From a virus: a stretch of DNA of 5,903 nucleotides. This document shows, piece after piece, positions 1 through 5,536 of this stretch (the first letter of the stretch is position 1; every line of letters begins with the position of its first letter). A program made the translations under genes and the position numbers. Location: positions 1 through 5,903 of IMG/VR virus record IMGVR_UViG_3300020030_000138; one strand, given 5' to 3'. Below the pieces are notes generated by a model that searched no databases, was not told the DNA's origin, and worked only from the letters and a program-made list of their open reading frames with translations.

Positions 1-121
1 ATAGTCGAGACCTAAGAGATATGCGGCAATCTCGCGACCGGTCATCTTTCGCTTACCACGAAGTTTGCCGTCTTCATCAACATCATCAACTTCGATCTCT
101 GTGTTCCAATTCACATCAAAC
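1..121. repeat. Terminal redundancy, copy 1; identical to 5783..5903. This is a circular-contig overlap, not a biological repeat.
   Basis: Base-by-base reading: atagtcgagacctaagag...ttcacatcaaac occurs at both ends with no mismatch over 121 nt. Confidence 0.97.
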
Positions 122-1008
122 CACCGCTCGAAATCATCGACCTGTAAATTGGTCATTCGCGAATTAGCACGTAAATTGCCGGTCATGGCCTGGATATAAG
201 AAATGTTAGCAGCAGCCGCCTTGTCCATAAGGGGAATTTCGGCGTCGTTCAGAGCGCGAAGGCGGCGACTTTCTTCAGAGATCATCGAGCACTCGCCAAC
301 GGATTTAAGCCAGTCGTTAGTGGCAATCAAATCCGCATACTGATTACGAGCATCCTGCCAGGTCTGAAGAGCGGCAACATAGGCGGCCTGGGCACCCTTT
401 TCTTTAATGCCAGCAGAAACCAATTGATTGCCAAGATTAAAAGCCGCGAGGAATCGATCTTTACCAAAATTCTGAGCATTAGTAATATCAGCTTCAGCTT
501 GATCGCGGGCGGCAGCCGCAGAGTTGCGACGAGACTCGGAGGCGGTGAGCATATTCTGGCCGAGGGCGGTCATATCGAGAGGACCAGAACCAGGACTAGG
601 AAGACCACCAGAAGGACCGTTAGCACCAACGGAACCACCGGAACCACCGGGTATAGTAGCACTAACACCAACGCCAGAACTGCCCAAAACACCAGCAGGA
701 GTAACACCGGCAGCACGATAACGCTCGAATACCTTAGACGGGTCATTATATTCATTTTCATAATCGAACTGCTTTTGCCAATTACCATATTCATATTCGG
801 CCTGCTTCTGCATTTGCTCTAGGGCGTACTTTTGCTGAAGGGCCATCTGTTTCTGAGTGTATTTCCATTGGCGGCGGGCATTCATACCGCCAAATAGCTG
901 ACCGATGGCGCCGGAAATAAGACCGGAAGAGCCAGTTTGAGCAGCGCCTTGAAATAACTGTTTGCCGAACGAAGATGCGGCAAGAGCAGGAATAACAGGA
1001 ACGGGCAT
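1..1008 (-). CDS. VP2: VP2 minor capsid / DNA pilot protein, N-terminal 336 codons. The ORF runs off the window start and continues at 5782..5537 on the circle, for 417 aa in total.
   Basis: Manual translation from ATG at 1008..1006 gives MPVPVIPALAASSFGKQLFQGAAQTGSSGLISGAIGQLFGGMNARRQWKYTQKQMALQQKYALEQMQKQAEYEYGNWQKQFDYENEYNDPSKVFERYRAAGVTPAGVLG..., with no stop down to position 1. It has a Gly-zipper-like N-terminus, a Q/E/K-rich helical segment and an R-x-AAG-x-x-P motif (697..720), which resemble gokushovirus-type VP2 / phiX H-like pilot proteins. It is probably absent from the ORF track because it has no stop inside the window on this side. Confidence 0.8.
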   Translation of the reverse strand, partial: MPVPVIPALAASSFGKQLFQGAAQTGSSGLISGAIGQLFGGMNARRQWKYTQKQMALQQKYALEQMQKQAEYEYGNWQKQFDYENEYNDPSKVFERYRAAGVTPAGVLGSSGVGVSATIPGGSGGSVGANGPSGGLPSPGSGPLDMTALGQNMLTASESRRNSAAAARDQAEADITNAQNFGKDRFLAAFNLGNQLVSAGIKEKGAQAAYVAALQTWQDARNQYADLIATNDWLKSVGECSMISEESRRLRALNDAEIPLMDKAAAANISYIQAMTGNLRANSRMTNLQVDDFERWFDVNWNTEIEVDDVDEDGKLRGKRKMTGREIAAYLLGLDY

Positions 1009-1010
1009 AA

Positions 1011-1208
1011 CTACGGACGTTTAAAATTACCTATTTGTTCATATGTAATCGTTGTTCTAGTGGTATCTCCAGATTTGATAGAGGAAGCCGACTGGACAAC
1101 GTAATGTCTCGCCGTACACGATTCGAGGAAAAAAGCCGCAAGGGCAGCCACGATTGCTGCAACCAGTGACCAAAACTTTTTGGATTTGAGAATTTCATTA
1201 AGTTTCAT
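1011..1208 (-). CDS. Small (65 aa) membrane / putative lipoprotein, function unknown
   Basis: The ATG at 1208 is preceded by an AT-rich leader. The stop TAG at 1013..1011 lies 2 nt before the VP2 ATG. The sequence MKLNEILKSKKF-WSLVAAIVAALAAFFL-ESC-TARHY... has a Lys-rich n-region, a 16-residue hydrophobic core (1125..1172) and a Cys at residue 31 (1116..1118) in a lipobox-like L-E-S-C context. It shares the strand and packing of the other genes. Confidence 0.6.
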   Translation of the reverse strand: MKLNEILKSKKFWSLVAAIVAALAAFFLESCTARHYVVQSASSIKSGDTTRTTITYEQIGNFKRP

Positions 1209-1372
1209 AATTAATCAAATAAAGAACGATAGAAAAATACGCGGCCTCTCCGGCAGTCGTTACCATTAAACCTTCAGCAATTCACCCACTCTTGCCGAAG
1301 GGGTCCGCGCACGTAGCATATATCGTCAAGTAAAGAAAGAACTATTTTTCTTCAGAGAGAAGATTTATAGGG

Positions 1373-1405
1373 GGTGAGTGAAGGCATAAATGCCTCACAC
1401 TCACC
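1373..1405 (-). repeat. Imperfect inverted repeat / stem-loop in the main non-coding region; candidate terminator or ssDNA complementary-strand origin hairpin
   Basis: On the minus strand the sequence is GGTGAGTG-TG-AGGCA-TTTA-TGCCT-T-CACTCACC. This gives 8 bp plus 5 bp of Watson-Crick stem, separated by a 1x2 internal loop, with a 4-nt loop. It begins 24 nt after the stop of the 103-aa ORF (stop at 1432..1430). No clean T-run follows it: the next bases are CCCTATAAATCTTC. Confidence 0.7.
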
Positions 1406-1429
1406 TCTTTGCGGGCGGACAGAATGGGG

Positions 1430-1741
1430 TCACTTACCATCACCTTCGGTGCTGGTGGCCGCAGGCTTCGCCTGCCCATTCTTGCCCGAGTCGAGAGCAG
1501 AATCAATGAGTTCCTGGCCTACTTCAAGACCATCAAACTTATCCATACGAGAAAAGCTATTAGGGTCGAAGTCAAGGTCAGGGTCAAACTTATCACCTTT
1601 ATCCCAATCAGACTGAGTAGCCTCTATATCAGGACGACCGGGAAGAAGATCGACTGAACCGGAACCATCAAGAACCGACATAATACGTTGACCACGCGAA
1701 ATATACTGCGGAGGGTCTTCAAGAAGCCAATTAAGTGCCAT
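1430..1741 (-). CDS. Acidic 103-aa protein immediately downstream of VP1; possible internal scaffolding (VP3-like) protein, unconfirmed
   Basis: The ATG at 1741 lies 12 nt after the VP1 stop, on the same strand. The protein is strongly Asp/Glu-rich, with the repeated motif DKFD (exact 11-nt repeat at 1533..1543 and 1584..1594). The functional assignment rests only on position, size and charge. Confidence 0.6.
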   Translation of the reverse strand: MALNWLLEDPPQYISRGQRIMSVLDGSGSVDLLPGRPDIEATQSDWDKGDKFDPDLDFDPNSFSRMDKFDGLEVGQELIDSALDSGKNGQAKPAATSTEGDGK

Positions 1742-1753
1742 AATATCAACAGA

Positions 1754-3574
1754 TTAACGATTAGACAAACGAATTGCAAAAGTTTTATTAACGAGATTCT
1801 TCTTACGAACAGAATAAGACATATTCACAAAAAAATTGTCCTCAACATTCGAAATAAAAGATGAATTAACTTGAGACATGTCAACAAAAAGAGCCGGAAA
1901 ATAACGAGACGCAGAACCCGTACCGGGAAGACTTGTCCAGGAGATGTTTCTCTGCTGTACCCAATAAGAATATAAAGGTATAGAATGAGTATCACCAAAC
2001 TGAACGTTTAAGGAACCTAACACCTCATCATAAGATGATCGAAATTCGTTAAAGCACGGCTCTCTTGCAATGGTAGAACCAGCATTGGCGGCAAGTCCAA
2101 GCTTGAACCAAGAGACATCCTGATAGCCAATATCGTTATAAATGGGGTTAAAGTAATCGCTGCCATTGTATTCAAGATAATCAGGAAGAATCGACGCCCA
2201 ATAATACACAGGTCGAATACTTAACATATCAATCATATAACCGGGCTCACGAAAATAATACGACTGCACACGACCAAGTTGTGAATTGAAAGCGATAGCA
2301 CCACCCTGCTGTCCAAGGGGATTACCTTCTCCACCTCCTATGGTAGATTGGGAGAAATTATTAGTACCGCCCTGATTCATGACAACCTGAACATTCACCG
2401 TCTGCGAAGCGCTAAACAACAACTTGGGGCGGTCAACATGCTCAATCTTCGAAGCAAAGAAAGTCTCAAGCCAATCCGAATAACGATTACCGCCAGCGCC
2501 AAGAAGGTCTTTATACTCCTGAAGACGCGAAGCAATAGCCAACTGCGGGATAGTAGAAACACCAGTCATAGAAATGGAGTCAGAGACACCCACAGGCAAC
2601 AAACGACTATATCGATCAGGATTGGAAGGTACAACCGCAAGAGGATGACACTTCGTAAACAAATCGGTAAACTGAATAGTGACGCTGTCAGGAGGAAGGG
2701 AAGTGCTCGTCTGAGAAACTGGAATCCGAGTGAAAACAAACTGAGTATGATCAGCAACAGGAAAACCGTCACCAGAAATAGCAGATGAAACAGAAATATC
2801 AGAATTTACAATCTGCTTAAAAAGATTCCAGCGATTATAAGTATTGTTTGTAGAACCAACTGAAGACGGATAAAATTGACTCTCATAATAAGCATCTAAA
2901 AATTCGATATTTCCGAAACACTGACGAAAAATAGCCGCATCAGAATAAACGTTAATCTTATAACCATCAGACGAGGAATTAGGAGTGATAGTCCACGCAG
3001 CGGGCCAAGCATAAGAATACAGACCCCACTGAGAATACCCGTAGTAATTACGAACAATATCCCAATAAGCGAGATAAGAATCCGCATTAACATACGAACC
3101 TTTAACCATTGAAGTACTATTCAACGAGACCTGAGAAAGTCCTACACTAGTACCCTGGGGAAGAGTCGGCAAGGAGGCACGGAGCCAAGCAGAAAGTGAA
3201 TTCTGAAAGCCGTGATTATTTGAAAAAATGCCGCCACTAGTCACCGCAGAAGAAGTAAACGCATTGGGTATCCAATTAAAACTAACATTGTTCATATCGA
3301 ACTTACTACTATTCGTCCTCATTTCCGGGTGGTAAAGTTGCATAGGCACCCAGAAACGATGAAGTCGCACCGTATAAGGGTTAAACGACGGCACAGCAAG
3401 AGGATTAGATCGAACATCGATGCCCTGGGCGATCGTTACCCGATCACGAGCATTGATGAAATCAATACGAACAGGATACAAAATACCGGGAGTACAAGTG
3501 AACGCCTTAGACTCCGGAACATCATACCGCGAATAACCGTTCACAGTATGAGAAATAAAACTCTGTTTTGCCAT
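1754..3574 (-). CDS. VP1: Major capsid protein VP1 (F-like jelly-roll capsid protein), 606 aa
   Basis: It carries the conserved Microviridae capsid blocks. The N-terminal block is TCTPGILYPVRIDFINARDRV...RSNPLAVPSFNPYTVRLHRFWVPMQLY. The others are YLAYWDIVRNYY (3041..3076), ASRLQEYKDLLGAGGNRYSDWLETFF and EPGYMIDMLSIRP. It is a long uninterrupted ORF with strongly T-rich third codon positions. Confidence 0.95.
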   Translation of the reverse strand: MAKQSFISHTVNGYSRYDVPESKAFTCTPGILYPVRIDFINARDRVTIAQGIDVRSNPLAVPSFNPYTVRLHRFWVPMQLYHPEMRTNSSKFDMNNVSFNWIPNAFTSSAVTSGGIFSNNHGFQNSLSAWLRASLPTLPQGTSVGLSQVSLNSTSMVKGSYVNADSYLAYWDIVRNYYGYSQWGLYSYAWPAAWTITPNSSSDGYKINVYSDAAIFRQCFGNIEFLDAYYESQFYPSSVGSTNNTYNRWNLFKQIVNSDISVSSAISGDGFPVADHTQFVFTRIPVSQTSTSLPPDSVTIQFTDLFTKCHPLAVVPSNPDRYSRLLPVGVSDSISMTGVSTIPQLAIASRLQEYKDLLGAGGNRYSDWLETFFASKIEHVDRPKLLFSASQTVNVQVVMNQGGTNNFSQSTIGGGEGNPLGQQGGAIAFNSQLGRVQSYYFREPGYMIDMLSIRPVYYWASILPDYLEYNGSDYFNPIYNDIGYQDVSWFKLGLAANAGSTIAREPCFNEFRSSYDEVLGSLNVQFGDTHSIPLYSYWVQQRNISWTSLPGTGSASRYFPALFVDMSQVNSSFISNVEDNFFVNMSYSVRKKNLVNKTFAIRLSNR

Positions 3575-3584
3575 ATAAGAAAAA

Positions 3585-4649
3585 TTAAGTTAATGAAAGG
3601 CCATAAAAGTCATACCAGGACTCAATAATATCACGATCGAGCCAGGTAGGAGGGTCAATAGCAGGAATAGGACCAGCAGAAGCGAATTCACGAAACTTTT
3701 TCATTTCCCATGAATACGTTTCTCGAGAGGATAAGGCGGAAGAGGGTAAAAATTTTTCAACACACAGATCAACGACACGGCGAACCAGAGCAGACCTGCT
3801 AAAACGTGAATAAGCGTCTGCAGAGCGAATCGCGCGAATGTATTGGTCATTCTGTTGAAGATACCTACTATAATATCGAGGAATCGAGTAATTGTAATTG
3901 ACACCAGTCTTAAAGTCCATATAAGACCAAGACGAAACAGAAACAGAAGGGGCAGGGCGATTGCCAAGATAATCACCAACGCCAGCAGATACGAATTTTC
4001 TCGTATAACGTCGATGCTCGAGGACTCGAGCCAAAGGCATAAGTTTTCCATCTATAAAGAGATTTTGATCGGAGATTTGCGCAGGGTCAAATTTAATCTG
4101 CTTAGTAACATATTTGACGACATATCTCGCACGCTTATGCGTGCCTTTCGCAAGCCATACAAATCCAAGGTCACCAACAGCGGACCTAATTTCATTGTAC
4201 AAGACATTGGTTCCAAAGAGGAAACCGTGAAAGTGAAGGCGTGGATATTGGCCCGACTCGGGATGGGTGCCAAACTCCTGGAAAAACGCATGCTTAAAGG
4301 AGTGGCCGATTTTATGTCGAACACGCTCATTCCATCGGCGGATAAAGCAAGCCGGATTACGCAATGATTCTTCATAATATTTAGGAGAAATAGTTATGGT
4401 AATAAAAATCGCCTGCTGATTCTCAGCCTTACAGCGGGCAAGTTCACGTTCAAGACGAACAAACCAATCGTTACGAAGTCTACGAAGACAATCCTCACAC
4501 CTACCACAAGGAACCATTAACCATTGGCGAGATATGTCCCAAGGTGCAAGAGCAAGAGAACTCTTAGCGTAATCAGAAATCTCCCGAAAAGGAACATCTT
4601 TCCGGGAATAACGCCGATTCCGTATCCATATAGGATGAGAGCAAGGCAT
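3585..4649 (-). CDS. VP4: Replication initiation protein VP4 (HUH rolling-circle endonuclease), 354 aa
   Basis: It has an N-terminal MPCSHP start and a PCGRCEDC Cys cluster (4488..4508). RCR motif I-like FITITI is present. HUH motif II is PRLHFHGFLF, with the His codons CAC at 4233..4235 and 4227..4229 checked by hand. The double-Tyr motif III is YVVKYVTK (4101..4124). Confidence 0.93.
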   Translation of the reverse strand: MPCSHPIWIRNRRYSRKDVPFREISDYAKSSLALAPWDISRQWLMVPCGRCEDCLRRLRNDWFVRLERELARCKAENQQAIFITITISPKYYEESLRNPACFIRRWNERVRHKIGHSFKHAFFQEFGTHPESGQYPRLHFHGFLFGTNVLYNEIRSAVGDLGFVWLAKGTHKRARYVVKYVTKQIKFDPAQISDQNLFIDGKLMPLARVLEHRRYTRKFVSAGVGDYLGNRPAPSVSVSSWSYMDFKTGVNYNYSIPRYYSRYLQQNDQYIRAIRSADAYSRFSRSALVRRVVDLCVEKFLPSSALSSRETYSWEMKKFREFASAGPIPAIDPPTWLDRDIIESWYDFYGLSLT

Positions 4650-4858
4650 TAAAAAAGAGATTGAAGTAAATCTATTTTAAAATGAGGATAAGATACAGAC
4701 ATAGACTGTAAATAACGACACGCAGCGTCAAAGTCGGCGAACCAGGCAAACGTAAAGCGACGCCGACCGAGATAATAACCGACCGACCATCGAAGGGGTT
4801 GACCTTCGATGACCGGACAGCTACGAGGATGATCAGAAAAATTCATACTACAAAACAT
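4649..4858 (-). CDS. Small hypothetical protein (69 aa from ATG 4858; the track uses TTG 4864), translationally coupled to VP4
   Basis: Its stop TAA (4651..4649) overlaps the VP4 ATG (4649..4647) as TAATG. It lies on the same strand. I recognise no family. An alternative ATG is at 4846. Confidence 0.5.
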   Translation of the reverse strand: MFCSMNFSDHPRSCPVIEGQPLRWSVGYYLGRRRFTFAWFADFDAACRYLQSMSVSYPHFKIDLLQSLF

Positions 4859-4899
4859 TACCAAGGACAGGGCGACGGACTACGCGGGTACCATTCCCC

Positions 4900-5193
4900 C
4901 TACTCTTTTTCTTTTTCCGTGACATAACCTTCAGGTAAAGTAAATACAACAAAATTAGGATAAAGTTCAAAGGTAGCGCCAGCACTTAGAACGACCTTCG
5001 CAAAATCAGCCACACAATCAGCCTTGATATAAGATCGCGAACTCAAAAGGTCCGAAAAACAAACAAAGTCAAGGACTTCGGCGGGGAGAATGTCGACATC
5101 GGCAGGCGAGAAATGACCGTCGATGATTGAACCAAAAGCAAAATCAAAAACTTTTACTTCGGGAGCGATACGGCGAATTGCAATCTGATACAT
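4900..5193 (-). CDS. Hypothetical acidic 97-aa protein
   Basis: The ATG at 5193 lies 13 nt after the stop of the preceding ORF, on the same strand, ending in TAG at 4902..4900. No motif recognised. Confidence 0.55.
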   Translation of the reverse strand: MYQIAIRRIAPEVKVFDFAFGSIIDGHFSPADVDILPAEVLDFVCFSDLLSSRSYIKADCVADFAKVVLSAGATFELYPNFVVFTLPEGYVTEKEKE

Positions 5194-5206
5194 AAAGATA
5201 TTTAAA

Positions 5207-5467
5207 TTAAAAGTTTAAGAGATTCAAAATAAGCTTCCATTTATCGTTGAGGATCTCCCAGTATTTTCCTCCTTCGGGAGACGATGGCCAATGAAAGGCG
5301 TAAATAAGATAGCAATCGGGAGTACAATTCTCAAGCGATACACAATAAGGAAAACGCCGATGTTCAGAAAAATTACGCATAAAAGAACCATAGGCGCCAT
5401 TCTGCTTCAAAAAAGTACAAAAAAACGAAAAAGCCGAATTGTTGGGGAATTTGGGTGAATTTTTCAT
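5207..5467 (-). CDS. Hypothetical Cys/aromatic-rich 86-aa protein. I prefer the ATG at 5467; the track's 106-aa version starts at TTG 5527 inside the promoter-like spacer.
   Basis: MKNSPKFPNN...PYCVSLENCTPDCYLIYAFHWPSSPEGGKYWEILNDKW... shows a C-x6-C-x3-C-x7-H spacing. The ATG lies 30 nt downstream of a TAnnTTTG box. The stop TAA is at 5209..5207. Confidence 0.5.
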   Translation of the reverse strand: MKNSPKFPNNSAFSFFCTFLKQNGAYGSFMRNFSEHRRFPYCVSLENCTPDCYLIYAFHWPSSPEGGKYWEILNDKWKLILNLLNF

Positions 5468-5497
5468 AATGAATGAAAGTTTAATGGTTTGACAATA

Positions 5498-5528
5498 CAA
5501 ATATAAACAAAAAAAATGAACTTCCAAA
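5498..5528 (-). promoter_or_regulatory. Bacteroides-type sigma-A promoter candidate: -33 TTTG (5528..5525), 19-nt spacer, -7 TATATTTG (5505..5498)
   Basis: The minus strand reads TTTGgaagttcattttttttgttTATATTTG in the spacer between the VP2 stop (5537) and the next ATG (5467). This matches the published Bacteroides consensus TTTG / TAnnTTTG. Four other TAnnTTTG matches on this strand (1534, 1585, 4747, 4950) are inside coding sequence and lack a correctly spaced TTTG. Confidence 0.4.
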
Positions 5529-5536
5529 AAAAATCA

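Noticed and set aside
570-794. Minus-strand 74-aa extremely hydrophobic ORF inside VP2
   Set aside because: It lies in the +1 frame of VP2. Its L/V runs follow from the T-rich third positions of VP2 codons and the repetitive GGT/GTT linker. The same artefact appears in VP1 and VP4.
424-822. Plus-strand ORFs 424..822 (132 aa) and 524..721 (65 aa)
   Set aside because: They are antisense to the VP2 frame, which I verified as open by hand. Their products are low-complexity (T/R/G/P-rich) mirrors of the VP2 Gly/Ser linker. No other gene is on this strand.
1317-1332. The minus strand reads TACTTGACGATATATG, reminiscent of the phiX174 origin core (ACTTGATATTAAT as I recall it), in the non-coding region near the hairpin
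   Set aside because: Only a 6-nt exact match (ACTTGA) plus an AT-rich tail, which is expected by chance. Origins of non-phiX microviruses are not defined, so I cannot support this call. It is worth a nicking assay only if VP4 is studied.
1534-1592. Additional TAnnTTTG matches on the minus strand (1534..1541 and 1585..1592, plus 4747..4754 and 4950..4957)
   Set aside because: All are inside coding sequence; the first two simply encode the DKFD repeat. None has a TTTG at the appropriate upstream spacing. Such 6-specified-base motifs are expected several times in a T-rich 5.8-kb strand.
1374-1657. Plus-strand ORFs 1374..1616 and 1409..1657
   Set aside because: They are antisense to the 103-aa acidic ORF, which has proper spacing after VP1. 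The first starts inside the stem-loop. They are on the opposite strand to all hallmark genes.
2348-2788. Plus-strand 146-aa ORF within VP1; likewise 3329..3628 and 3843..4367 on the plus strand
   Set aside because: They are antisense to strongly supported VP1 and VP4 coding sequence. Their products are Arg/Lys/Ser-rich low-complexity sequences typical of antisense frames of T3-rich genes.
2566-3093. Minus-strand hydrophobic ORFs 2566..2772 (68 aa) and 2896..3093 (65 aa) inside VP1
   Set aside because: Both are in the +1 frame of VP1. Their hydrophobicity is explained by T-rich third positions becoming second positions. They are short and have no independent signal.
4049-4054. Possible stop-codon reassignment, prompted by the TAG-ATG junction in the long +1 frame of VP4
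   Set aside because: All hallmark genes are intact and of sensible length under the standard code, with TAA, TAG and TGA all used as terminators of well-spaced genes. Nothing requires recoding.
5468-5527. The track's longer start choices: TTG at 5527 (106 aa), TTG at 4864 (71 aa) and GTG at 5896 (119 aa)
   Set aside because: TTG 5527 lies inside the T-rich promoter-like spacer, and an ATG at 5467 is better placed. An ATG at 4858 is 2 codons downstream of TTG 4864. GTG 5896 is an internal Val codon of the full-length VP2 frame.
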